A stretch of DNA of 64,000 bases from Carcharhinus amblyrhynchos (Eukaryota). The stretch is from contig OZ336883.1 in the NCBI GenBank assembly GCA_965287045.1, positions 31,620,001 through 31,684,000 on the forward strand, given 5' to 3'. This document shows, piece by piece, positions 12,001 through 25,399 of this stretch. Each line of letters opens with the position of its first letter. The stretch's first letter is position 1. A model generated the notes under the pieces. It saw only the letters and a program-made list of their open reading frames with translations, had not been told where the DNA came from and ran no database searches. Position numbers and translations under genes: made by a program.

Positions 12001-15000
12001 GTGAAGTTCACTGTAAACTTGAAAACCATACTTTATTTTTCTTCTGAGCACTTTAATATCTTATGGTTGCGACTGTGATTTTACAATCTTAAATGATAAC
12101 TCTTCCCCCATTTTGGTTTGTGTCCCTTTGTTGATGTAGTATTTTCCTCTTGTTTTGTTCTTAATTCGGTTCAAAGATGTGCAGATTAGCTGGATTGGGT
12201 GAAAGGGTAGGGTTGAGCAGACCCCTTTGAAGTCCTCTGACAGAGAGGAAGTGTCAATTTCACCTGGGGGGGGTCCATTCTCCACAGCTGTGCACTCAGC
12301 CCTACAAATCTGAGCCTTCCTAGCAAGCTGAAATCTTTGAAAGCCATTCTTTTGCTTTGGATACTTCTGAGATCTCAATTTCAAACTGCAGTGCTTTGAA
12401 ATAAGCTTCCATTGAAAGCTTAATGGATTTCCGCTCGACCTCCAGTCACCTGTGCTTATTTTCATTTCCCTTCGTGCTTGAAAGCATCTCAAGTACCTCC
12501 ATTGTTTCTAACAGTGATGTTTAAAGAGACCCTAAGTCTTCCTGACATCTGTGGTTTCTTAATAAGGAATAAGTGATTTAACTTCATATTTTACAGACCA
12601 CTTAAGGTGACTTGCTATTTGAGTGGTGGGGGAGACAATGCCCCTCTTCGTTGCGGGGTTTGTGGCGTTTCCCTGGATCCAAGGGGTTCAGCATGCCAGC
12701 TGCACACTGGTCATTACGAGCATCAAAGCCCGTTGGGTTCATTTCCTGCTGGAGAGGTGGGTGAAGGCAGGGGGCTGGTGATTGGGCTGTCAAACCTGCT
12801 AATTGTATTACAGTTAGTGGGTTTGCATAATTATTGGATTATGGCCCTTTTTTTGCACCATGCCTATTCTTCAGGCCATTGTGATTCTTGCCACAGCTGG
12901 CAAGCCCAATGTCTACATTCCCCAGTCTCTGGTCCTCCACAGATTTTTTTTTCAGATTTCCAGCATCTGCAGTATGTTGTTTTCTTTTTCTAATGGCTTT
13001 CATTTTCTTGAACAAGATATATTGGGATAATCACCAGGAAAATACCTTAGTGTCACACTATTTAAAAACTATCTTTAATGCACCGTGAATCATCAGAGTG
13101 TCAGTGCTTCATCCAAATGCCATTACCTCCTGGAATGTAGGACTCCCACACTGCTCCATTGATTATTCCATTTGGATTATGCCAGTTCTGGTGTATTGAA
13201 TCAATAATCTTCTGTTTAAGAGATACCAATGTTACAAGCTAAGCCAAAAAGGCAGTGATGCCAAGAAAGTGGTGAAAATGAACAATATTGGTTACTTTAA
13301 TGGTTTGTGCTAAACTGGTAAGACTCAGCTGGGAATCGATTTCATTTTCCCTAGCGCCTTCAGGACTAAAAAAAGGAAGAAAATGGACTCAGATTTCCTG
13401 ATTATCATATTTTAATCTTTGGGTGTTTGTGGACTAGATATGCTGCAATTATTTCATGGATTAATGAGATTACCAACATTCACAGCCAAATAAAAGAGCA
13501 CTTAGGCAAGAAGTTGGAAGAACAGCAGGTGCCTTTGGAACTATAACTACCTTCAAGACATTACATTAAAGTAGGAAACTGAGCATCCTTCTCTTTCCAG
13601 AAGAATATATAGTTTCCTCCGAAGCCCATTTATACCGTTTACTTCAGTGGCTTTACCTGATAATTTATTCTGAAAATCTATTTGTCTTTTTTCAAATTTT
13701 GCTTGATTTCTTCCTTCCATCTCCAACCTTTGTATATCCTTTCTATCCCCTTGTGTTTGAAACACTTGCCAAATCAAGCTTCAATTTGATCATCCTGGAA
13801 TTTATTTGCCAAAAAGAACACAAACACCTTCCTTAGAACTTGGATACAAATGTTGTTGGTTGTTTGTCTGTTACGCTGTCAATGGTATCATTACCTTTCT
13901 TATGCTTAGGTGGAAAGAATAGTTCAACAGTTCTGAAAACATGTTAATCAAAGCCTTCTAGAGCAACAATACTGCTTTTTTCTGATTTGTATTCTATCTT
14001 ATCCACCAATGCAGTCAGAATTTTTTTTTTGTTTCACCAACTGCTGAGTTGATAGTTTATAGATTTATCCAGTGACCTGTAAATGTTTTTATTGGCATCA
14101 TTGTATGACAACTCCTTTTTATTCCTATGCTATCAATGAGCTTATTGACCTGTAAGATTCAAATCCTTATGAATCTTGTTGCATTATTTGATCTGCATGT
14201 ATTTTACTCTCATGGGGCCTCAATAATTGGCTGTTCAATACTTACACTTCAGTCTTTAAGGGAAGTGTCCTTGTCTTTTCCAACAATCTGCTAGAAAGGC
14301 TTACAAATTATTACATTGCTGGTGAAACTATACACTACATTGTAGTTTACTCTCCATGGAGGATTGCAATCGTTAAATCGCTGTGGCAGATGTGGGAAAT
14401 ACTTGACGATGGGTGGAATGTTAAATATTAAGAAAATTATTGTCAACTCACCGGGTAACACTTTACAAAGCGTGATTACCTTTCCAGATATTTAGTTAAT
14501 TAATTCAACAATTACACTAGGACAACTGAGGAAGAAAAACAAAGCAAGTAAAGCAGTAAATGTTGGAAGTCCTTCACAGTTTGCTATTCTTATCACTGTT
14601 TGCTGTTTTGGCTTCCCACAAAGCCTATATCCATCCAGTGCAGAAATGTTAGAACACTGCTGGCAGTGGACAAAACGTGACTCAGTTTTCATTCGCCACA
14701 TCCACTCTTCAACAACTTCATGAACTACAATTGCATGTATTGCAATGTAACACATCTGTGACATTTTCATGAGAATGCTAGCATAATTTCTCAAGTCACT
14801 TCTGATCTTAGCAGCCATTAGATTAGAGAGAAATTGAAGTCCTTTTATAGTTACTTAAATCTAACTTTTGTTGTGCACCTAACATTATCAAGGACAGGAT
14901 ACAGTCATGAAACATAGTAACAGTTTCAAGCAGGAGAACATCTTCAGTCCATTTAACCCACCTAATCATGGTATTCCCTTGATGCTTTCCTAATAACTTT

Positions 15001-15554
15001 TCTTCAAGAAGCTGTCTAGCTGCTTCTTAAAATCTGCAAAGTTTTTTGTTTCATCACCTTAGCTAATCTTTTTCATGTGATTACCACTCTTTTAGCAATA
15101 TAATGTTCCCTCTGAATTTCCTATCTCCTTTGCTCTTTATTTATAAATATGATTTCTTGTGTTTGATTTCTGTTAATAACAATGCCTACTCAGATCCAAT
15201 TTGTCCAAACATTTCTGAATTTTATACTTTTCTACTCTATCGGCTCTTCATCTTCGCTGGGTATACTATATCCTTGAAACCCTGTGCCAATCGGTCTGCA
15301 CATGGTTAACCCATTTTAAGTTAGTCCAGCAGTAATATCCTAAATGTGGATCAGCACTACCATTCTGAGTCACTACCTAATTATCTTGGAAGTGTTTGTT
15401 TCAGCACACTCTGTGATCAGATAGGCTGAAAATGTCCAGGTTTCTCAATGAAGACTAGACATTTGAGTGAAACATTGGAGGCAAACTTCTGGCTTTGAAA
15501 GTATAGTCAAATGCAGCGCTCTGCCTTCAGGAGAAAAAAAAACACGTAAACCAT

Positions 15555-16025
15555 GTGGAAGCTTCAGAGAGAGTGCATACAAGGTTCACCAGGATGTTTC
15601 CCGGTCTCAGGGGTGTGAAATATGAAGAGAGGTTGAATAAACTAGGATTGTTTTCACTGGAAAGATGGAGGCTGAGGGGAGACCTGATGAGAGGCACAGA
15701 GTGGATAATCAGAGGTTTTTTCCTTGGGTGGAACTGTCAATTACAAGGGGGCATAGGTTCATAGAGGGGGAAAGTTTAAGGGAGATGTGCGAGGGAAGTT
15801 TTTCACGCAGAGAATGATGAGTGCCTGCCAGAGGAGATGGTGGAAGCAGGCATATTAGCATCATTTAAGAGGCATCTAGATGGGTACGTGTATATGGAGG
15901 GAATAGAGGGATATGGAATGAGGAAGGGCAGAAGGTTTCTTTTAAGTTTAGTTGGGGCATTATGATTGGCACAGGCTTGGAGGGCTGAAGGGTCTGCTCC
16001 TGTGCTATACTTTTCTTTGTTCTTT
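15555..16025 (+). mobile_element. CR1/HER1 LINE 3' fragment
   Basis: ERVHTRFTRMFPGLRGVKYEERLNKLGLFSLERWRLRGDL plus 3' UTR. Confidence 0.9.
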
Positions 16026-16341
16026 CAGCAATCCATTGTTGGCAAGCTTTGCCTATTGTAGGAAAACTATGTTTAGCCTATCAAACTCCATGTCACTGTT
16101 CTCTTGTGTGCATTGTTAACCAGCTGCAAGGTGACTATCAATCCCTGTACTTGGCCCTGATGTTCCAGCTTGCCAATCAGAGTTTACATCTTCTTTCTTT
16201 TTGTAGTACAGAACTTGAGTATTCCTGGAAAAAACATATTTTGTTGAAGCTTTTGTCTTACACTCATCAGTGCAATAATAAGAATACTAAATTGTAAAGG
16301 GGACAGCAATTTATACTGTTTGAGAAGAGAGTGCTGATTGG

Positions 16342-16632
16342 GTGGCATGATCGCATACTGGTTAGCACTACTGCCAGGGACCTGGATTTGATTCCCAGCT
16401 TGGGTCACTGTCTGTGCAGGATCTGCACATTCTCTCCATGTGTGCGTGGGTTTCCTCCAGTGCTCCGTTTTCTCCTACAGTCTGGAGGACGTGCTGGTTA
16501 GGTGCATTGGCCATGCTAAATTCTCTGTGTACCCGCACAGGCACCGAAATGTGGTGAGTAGGGGATTTTCAAAGTGACTTCATTGCAGTGTTAATGTAAA
16601 CCTACTTGTGACACTAATAAATAAAATTTTAA
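16342..16632 (+). mobile_element. V-core tRNA SINE with a 'gtaacttcattgcagtgttaatgtaagcctacttgtgac' type tail
   Basis: tggttagcactactgcc..gattcccagcttgggtcactgtctgtg..gcgtgggtttcctcc; same family at 17641, 43300 and 46325. Confidence 0.85.
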
Positions 16633-17640
16633 AAATGAATGGTTGGCAAATGGACTCTGGCAGAGGCATTGCCATGGAGAATGTATCAGTTAACTGACAA
16701 TTGACAGTTTGGTGCCCACCTTTGTTTAAATTCAAACCAAGCATGTTAACTAATTAGTCAAGGCATTGCTCTGGAGAAGCAGCCAGGGAATGGCTGTCAC
16801 GTATTTTATTTAGTTGAAAAAAATGCAATGTATGTACGTGTTCTTTCTGTCTGTAAAGGACAGGGCCCTGTGTATTAATATATGTAGCTTCCAGTATGTA
16901 TCTGAGTTGCACAGCGAGCTCAACTGATGATCTTAAATTAATTGTCAGTGTAAATCATGGCTTACTCAGAATTGTTTAGCAAATGTCACCCAAACGTGGG
17001 ATCACATCTAATGTTGAACACCGTTTTGAGTTTTGCAAGCACAAGCTGTTTCCACAGAGGGACTGCAGAGGACGTGCAGATGAAGAGTGTGTGCTGACGG
17101 GGAGGGACTTGCACGTTTTGGCTCTCCTTTTTGCATTGTAAATAGCCAGCAGTGTAGAGTGAAAATGAAAAACACACCAGCACACACTCTCTTCACTCAT
17201 ACACTAGAGACTTCACATTGACTTGCTGAACACATCGCATATAATTGAAGTTACAATGTATCTTTAGTCCTAAAGCGATAGCCAGTGAAGTTAATAAGAG
17301 TTCAATGCGTTGTATCCTTTGTAATCACAACATTATTCTTGTGGGTTTTTTTTAAATAGACCTTCTAGAAAGATTTCTTTGACACCAATCATATGTGCTC
17401 ATAGAATGTAATTTGCCATCTCAGTTTAATATTTCATGGAGTTAATTTTATTCAAGCTTTCTTTCAGACATGATTTTCTTTAAAGAGGACTGCATTTGTA
17501 ATTATAGATGTATTTGTGTCTTTTTTTTCCAGCAGTAGCTTTTCATGAACAAATTCCTGCTATGCTTGCGATATAGCTATTTGTGTGATGGTTGGCCATG
17601 ACATCCTTGCATCTCTTGGGAGTGTGTAACCATATCTTAG

Positions 17641-17890
17641 GATGGCACAGTGGTTAGTACTGCTGCCTCACAGTGTCAGGGACCCAGGTTTGATTGCACA
17701 TTCTCCCAGTGTCTGCGTGGGTTTCCTCCCAAAGTCCAAAGATGTGCAGATTAGGTGCATTGGCCATGATAAATTTTCCCTCAGTGTACCTGAACAGGCG
17801 CCGGAGTGTGACGACTAGGGGATTTTCACAGTAACTTCATTGCAGTGGTAATGTAAGCCTACTTGTGAGTAATAATAAATAAACTTTAAG
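17641..17890 (+). mobile_element. V-core tRNA SINE
   Basis: ggcacagtggttagtactgctgcctcacag..tgcgtgggtttcctccc..aataataaataaacttt. Confidence 0.85.
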
Positions 17891-18699
17891 TCTTCATTAT
17901 TCACAATCAGTTTTCTGAGCTTTATTGTTCTTGCAGCTACCATCTCTTGAAGTGATTAGATTAATGTGCACTGGTTTTTGTTTCATTTTGCAGCTCAGGA
18001 ACAACTTGTTGTTCTGATATGGCACATTAATGCAATCCAGTGCCCTTGTTTCTAGCAGTGATACACCATTGCTTTTGAGAAAAATTGCATTGCATTGTTT
18101 ATTTGACAATTGAACAATAAAGTTAAAAGCCTGGAACGTATCCCTTTTCTCAGATATGTAATAGATTTTTGGCACCATGCAGATAAACCACCTGTTTTGT
18201 GTTGTAAATAGGTCAATTTGAAACTGCATTGTGTGTTTTGCAACTTGAATTTCACAATTTATGACGATTGGCACAATGAAGATTGTTTCCCAAGTACAAT
18301 TAATAGCCCCAGATATTGCATTCATATAACTTCTGTTAATTCAAGACCACATTTGCCTCTCATGGCTCCAAGAATATCTTAAATCTTAATCCTGAAATCA
18401 GGGCATCTTCTACTTATTGTAAGGATATTTGAATTTTCACATCAGTCATTCTTATTTATCAGATTGTCTAGTTTTGAATAATGAGACAGTCCAGACCCTT
18501 GATGAATTCATCAGATTTGAGTCCAACTTTATCCAGCTATTCTTGGCTGTATTCGAATTCAGAAATGAACGGATAGTATTCCCAACTCACTAAACCACTC
18601 ATTTGTATCTCTGATTTTCTTTACCATGTACCATCGTCGCAGAATATTTGCAGCAATGGTTTCCCTTCCAAGCCTCACTTCATTAGCTCTGAAGTCTTT

Positions 18700-19625
18700 C
18701 AAGAACCCATTCATTATCAATCCAATTTCCTTCCTCATCCAAAAACTGGCCCTAGGTGATAGTATCTGTAGATACAAAATCAGTTTCCATATATATGTTG
18801 AAGCCAAACAGCTCTGTCTCTATCACTTCTTTCAAACCATCCATTGCCTTTGTGCTTTCAGACTGTTTGTCCAGTATACAATTTTAGATTATCTACAATT
18901 TCCTCCAGTTAAACATTATTTTTGACCCTCCTAAGAACTCATTATCCTTGTCACTGATTGCATCGGCCAGTGTCTCAGGTTGAACCCTCACTCTGACCTG
19001 ATCCCATATCTTTTCCAACTCCCTACTTCCACTTGTAACATCATTTGCTTCCCTTCCCCTGCTGTAGTCTGTCTGGTGCTAAAGCTTTCATCCATGCCTT
19101 TGTCACCTCCAGATTCAACTATTTCAATGGTCTCCCAATCAGACTCTCATACTGTTATGAATCTTGTGCAGCATGTTCTATGAAACTATCAATTCTGTTC
19201 TTGTTCATCTTTATACGGTCCTGGTCCCTTAAAACCACTAATATAAAAGTTGTATCCTTGTTCTTATATCCCTTCATAGCCTTGCATCTCTTTATCTCTA
19301 ACAATGTACAACTCCTCCACCGCCACCCCACCCACAGAACTTCCCATTCCTCCAAATCTGATTTTCTGCAATATCCACTTCACTATTGGCAACCATATCT
19401 TCAGCTAATTTGGTTCCACACTCTAGAGTTTCTGCCCAAACTCCTACATGTCTCTCTCCTCTCTTCCCCTTTAATTTTTACTAGAAAACTCACTTCTTTG
19501 ACCAAACTTTGGGTCAGCTGCTCTCAAATCTTTGTTTGGTTTGATGCTCATTTTCTTTCTGTTCACATCTCCATGAAACACTTATGGCCTTTGTTTCTAT
19601 GTTGTTTACGGCATATAAGTCTTGG
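18700..19625 (+). mobile_element. L2 LINE 3' fragment
   Basis: AKAFIHAFVTSRFNYFNGL in ORF 19045..19632 matches the L2 ORF2 C-terminal motif (LIHAFVTSRLDYCNSL). Confidence 0.75.
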
Positions 19626-20710
19626 TTCTTAACACAACGTTTTATATGGTATTTATGCACATCAAGCAACTGACACTTCTTATTGGTTATATTTTGTGAT
19701 CACCAATGGCAAGTATATTAACACTGATAAATAAAGTACTTTATCAATCCAGCATTGAGTACTTGCAGGTTTGGCATAGTCCAACTTACTGCACAGGTAC
19801 CCTTCTCCTCCTACGCTGTACTTCAAATTCAATCCTAGTAAAGGATTTAATACTGCTTCATGTACTATGCCTGTTGCTGACCTTGTCTTTCCTCCTGTTT
19901 GTGATATAAATCTCACTATATTTGGACTTTATGAAAGCTGTTTGAGGCTTTTTGTGATCTTTTAGAAGTAGATGTCTCTTTTTTTGTATTTTCTCATCAT
20001 TGATTAAATGTCTCGAGTTATTAGTACCACTAATAATAGCACTGAAGTACTACTCATTTAGCATCTTGTTCTGATGAGATGACATTCTGATTGAATTGAA
20101 ACATGTCTTCACTTATTCTCATACAAGCCCTCAAGGTCTGTACATCCTAGCTTGTTGCTTTCTTCAGCTGGAAATTTATTTAACAGGTAAGCAGTGAGAA
20201 ATACATCTATCTTCGGTACAATCTTTCATATTCTCTGAGATTTGCCTTCCACGCATAAAATTTTCTTAAATTGTCTTTGTGGAGACTCCGTTCCCTTTTG
20301 GTCCCTTAGCTGTAAAAGACTGAAATTTATTGTGAAGTAAAAAATGCTCACATGATCTTGTGAGAGAATAGGTCTTCAATTCTTGGAGTGTCACCAGTAA
20401 TTATCTTGTTCAACAAGAACACTCCTTCCCCTTTCTCCCTCTCCCTAAGTATGAAATGATTTGTTGCATCTAGCGTGTGTAAGTCAAATTGCAACAAGGT
20501 CAACATTGATGAGATGAAAACAAAAATTAAATCGGTTTCCAACCATTTACAGACCTGTTAAGTTGTTTAAGGACAAATTTAAGGGCAAAGTATAACTTCT
20601 ATATTTTAAAAAAATTAATTAAATGATAAAATAGGCAATTATTTAAGAAATAGAAAATAATGGATAAAATGTAATTGCAATTGTTTTTATTTTCATACTG
20701 AAAATAAGGG

Positions 20711-20753
20711 CATGATAACAAGGCTTAAATTACATGATAACAAGGCCTAAATT
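20711..20753. repeat. 22-bp tandem duplication
   Basis: catgataacaaggcttaaatta followed by catgataacaaggcctaaattt. Confidence 0.8.
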
Positions 20754-20999
20754 TTGTTATGATGAGAGTCCCCCCCACTTCAACCCACCCCACCCTTTTA
20801 ATTGCTGACAGACACCCTTCACATGGCCTCTACTCCCACCCCTCCTGACATCACTCAACTCTGGCGTGGGATTCCGAGCCATTCCTGGGCCTTGGACAGT
20901 TCTCATACTGATATCAATCATTGCTTCGACGTGCAGCACTGTTATTCAAAGGGCTGCCTGTCTCTGGCTTGTAGGTATCTAATAGGTTCTGTTGATGGA

Positions 21000-23820
21000 T
21001 GTCAAATACCTAATAGTTGACACCATAAACTGAACAGGTGTTGGGTATGTTAATAATACTCAGATGCGTATTCAAAGAAGAGTCAGCGAGCACTGTGATG
21101 ATGGTGTTGGAGTGGATAAGTAAGCTGTAAAGCAATAAACAGTCTCCAACAAAGCATCCAAGTCTCAGTGTCTTCTTCAGGCTGGGGAATTCTCTGACAC
21201 TTGTGGCAGAAGATGGTTGCGTGGAAGTGAAGATTTGAGGAGATAAGAATTGTAGTTTTTTTTGAGAGAAGACTTTAATTGGAGGCTCCTTAAAGAAAGA
21301 TGACTGAAACCAGGTATAGGCTGGCAGGATCTGATTTTCCATCACTTTTGTGAAATTGGACTTTACAATCAATTGAAGAACACAGCTGATATATGGACGT
21401 GAGTTATATCTTTACTGAAAAGGGGTGACTCTGGTACTTTAACTTCCTGCCAGGAGCAAGACCTCCTGCACAGTGTTCTCTGAACTAGATGCCCAGGAAC
21501 TGGAGAATTAAGAATGTTTGGACACTCACTTGAAATTCGTGAATAAAATTTATTTGGAAGGTGACTTATTGAATGCCTGGGAGGCTTCGTCAGACTCTGA
21601 TAAATTTGGAAAAATGGATAATTCTGCCATAGAAGAACACACTGTGGAATTTAATCTACTATGTACAAGATTGCAGTGATTCCATTTGGAAATTCGTGAA
21701 TCAGTACTGCCTTTAAATTATTGGACTGTGCTAGGATATCAAATATGGATTGGCTCTTGGTTTCAACTGAAGTTAGTTTCAAAGAGAGAAAGCCGCTTTT
21801 GGAACAAATGTCCAAAGCCTTAAAAATTCTGGGATAGCTTTCATTTCCAGCTGCTTTTATGGCACAAATGGACTCTTCAGCAGTGACATCAAAGATGAAG
21901 GAAGGTTAAGATTAGGTTTGCAACATTTCTAGACTGTTCAAGTATCAGGCCCAAACCTTTGTATAAAAGAGGAGGCATGAGGACAGAGACTGTTTTGGGA
22001 GCTATACCAATTTGATAGTTACAGAATGAAGATGAACCCCTAGAATAACCAAAAAGTGGTCAACAGGCACTTCAAGTGTGACTAAGTATCATGCACTGAA
22101 TTATCTAAAAATGAAAAACAGGGTTTTTGAGATGACATGTGACAGGAAAAGTATGGAGGGCAAGCAGGACAATACTGACCAGAAAGAATCAGACTGGTTG
22201 CCAGAAGCTTCAGTCAGATAATGAGTATCCTGGTTGCAGATTCATTCAGTTGTGCAGTTCTGGATGGTGGATGTATGTCCACAGTGTGTGGAGTGGACTG
22301 GCTAAATTATCAAATGGATCCTTAAAATAAGGATGACTGAAGTAACATCAACGGATATGACAGTTTACTTGATTCCTTTTTGGTGATGGTAATATGTTGA
22401 AATCAATAAAAAAAAAGTAATTTGATGTAAAACAGTAGGGGTAAACCACTTTATCAGTACTGATGTTGTATCAAGTGAAATGTCTTTACTGTTACATAAG
22501 CCTTCAATGGAAAAGGCCCAAATGAAGGCTGGACATAGAACATGATAATTGTCTTTGGGAGTTCCATAGATTGGCAATTTACACAGTGAGAACATTATTG
22601 TATTCCTTTAAGCCTATCCTTTCCAGACAGAATGTTAAAGAGGTATTAATGACAGCTGGGGATAAGGATTTAAAAGACAAGGATATTATTACAAAACTGC
22701 ATTATTAATTTGGACATCACTCTGGCCATAGGTTTGAAGCTTCTGTAAAAGGACACTGGGTGAGGAGTACACTAGAGGATATTTGTATAAAATGTACAAG
22801 AGAATGCCATTGCGATTAGTAACACAGGAATTTGAGGAACAACTGGGCGACCAGGAAATTAGGATAGATTTCCCATCAGCAGGAAAAATAAGTCTGAGGA
22901 CTTTCAAAGTACTTTTAGTGACATACTCTCCATTGACTTCATGCAGCATTTTTGCAAGGGGAACACATTCAAAGACAAGTATTCTTAATGCTTCCAAAAG
23001 AAGCTGGAGGTATAGAGGGGAAATTATGGAACCTGAACAAAGTGTATTTACAGCCTGAGTGGTGCATCCAGAGTATTTTTCAGTTAGGTCCATCTTACTG
23101 AAAGCTGGTTGCCTTCTGTTAAAAGCAGATCCAGCAATGTATTATTGGAACTATGAATAAAAGCTAGCAGGCATTTTTAAAATGCACATTGATGATTTCT
23201 TGTGGGGGAAATCTGTGACATTTGTGATAGATAAAATTATGAAGAAATTCAAAAATTGGGCATCTGGAGCTTTTAAGTGTAAAGGACTAGATATGAGTCA
23301 GACTAAGTTGGGGATAACTCTGCCTTAACAATCTTGCTTAGAGAATGTTAATAAGATCCTAATAAATCAGGCCAGATCCTCTCAAATGGAAAACTCCATA
23401 ACCAAAGAAGAAGCAGTTCAATTAAGAAGCTTAATTGGGCAGTGCACACAAACTAGATTTGATATGTGCTCTGATATATAAGAATTGAACACCATGCTGG
23501 AATATGCTACTGTTGAGGAAGCACTAAAAGCAAATAAGTTTTAAGAAATTAAGTTTAAAAGAATGTGCACTCAGATTCAGAGACCCAGAAGGGATGAAAT
23601 TAGCCATTTTTAGTGATGTCTCGCATGCTAATTTTCCCAATGGGTATTCGAGTCCAGTAGGATTCTTTGTTATTAGTGAGGAGGTATGATAAATGTTGAA
23701 AATTATGTTGGAAATAAAAGAAAATAGAGAGTAGTTAAAAGCACCTTCTTTGCAGAGAGACTTGCACTGGTAGAAGTGACTGATATGGCTATGTTTATCA
23801 TGTACTTTAAAGGAACTGGG
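21000..23820 (+). mobile_element. Degenerate, internally deleted Ty1/copia LTR retrotransposon
   Basis: RT motifs across frameshifts: RLVTQEFEE, AAFLQG, KLWNLNK, ADPAMYYW, MHIDDFLWG, LRSLIGQ, QTRFD; RNase H AIFSDVSHAN and RVVKSTFFAERLALVE (22810-23790); gag-like AFKLLDCA near 21720; putative LTR ~21000-21199 and PBS 21201-21218. Confidence 0.85.
21201..21218 (+). promoter_or_regulatory. Primer-binding site complementary to the tRNA-iMet 3' end
   Basis: ttgtggcagaagatggtt versus TGGTAGCAGAGGATGGTT (15/18), just after a ...tgaCA LTR-like end. Confidence 0.55.
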
Positions 23821-23981
23821 TGGAACTAGATATGGTGGGCTTTCCTAAACGAGGCAAGAAGAGGCCTCCACCGTTCCTATCGAGCAGCCGAGTACCTTAT
23901 ACCCTCTATAAGATTCTGGCCACTGTCTCTTGATTGGCATAGCCTGGCTAATTTTCTTAATACAGTGCTACAGTTTGCTAA

Positions 23982-24221
<240 letters not shown>

Positions 24222-25399
24222 TAGTTTGAAGGAGTTTGAGTAAATTCTGGCTAATGTATAAATCCGCAAAGTAACAATAAATATGCTGCTTATCTTTAAC
24301 TGTGTTTAGATTTCACTATCTAGGCCACTAGCTTAATCCCGAGTTCACCTGAAAGACGAATGGGGTTACATGTAGCAACGTACAGAACTTGGCCTAAAAT
24401 TAGAGCTGCAAAAGCAAATATTAAGTGGAAACAGGAAATTTATGGCACATATTATTTAATCTGCTGCTTAATTTTGGCGTGTTGTCAGCTAATAAAAATA
24501 TTTTGAAGTTGATTGCCATTCTTTTTTATACTCTTGAGCATTTTGAGATGAAAGGCAATTTCCTACCCCTCGGAAAATAAGACAGATCTTGATAATTCTA
24601 ATATAACAAGAGCGCAGAATTAAAGTATTGACTAAAATAACTTCTCCAAAATTTATTATTTGAGACTCATGGAATATGTGACCTTTCCATTTAATTTTAT
24701 TTGCATTTTAATTATGAACACAAAAAATAGAAAAATTGCCATTTTTAAACTAAATTACAGAATCAAAGTGAGGATGCCCAATAAATTTCTCTTGGCCTGC
24801 TTATGTGGAAATCATTGCTAATCCAACCATTTCGAGCAGAAGGCTAACTAAACAAGCAGGATGTTAAAACTTAACATCCTGAAATCCTCAGGTCAGGCAG
24901 CATTGGTGAAGAATTCAGACATTTCAGGTGTGGTCTCTTAATGAGAACATTCTTTTGAAGGGTCCAGATTTGGAACATCAACTTGTCTGTTCTCTATCCA
25001 GACGCTGCCCGTCCTGATTGTTGTTTCTAGTTTTTTTTCCCAAATTCCAGCATTTGCTGTTGTTTAGTTTAAGGTTCAGTTCGTGTATGCATAAAAAGTT
25101 TCTTTTCAACTCTTCTCTTGAAGAGATAAGTGAAACTATTTTGGTCATCCGCTCTCCTTATGACTTGTGCAGGAATACCTGACTGAAAAGCATTCTGTAT
25201 TGTACCTTAACATTGGTAATACCTGTGAAAATAGCACCAAAGTTGGAATGCAAGGTAAAAAAAAATGCAGAACACCATTCTGGCTTAGGCACTGCATAGA
25301 TGCCCTGTGTTCTCAAAAGTAATTACTGTATACTAAACATAAAGGAAAATGAAGGGACTTCAAAATTGATGTGGTACAAAAATATTTGATTGCAGTTTT

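Noticed and set aside
14492-14818. 108-aa antisense ORF starting with ATG
   Set aside because: No recognisable domain or supporting splice structure; the length is compatible with chance.
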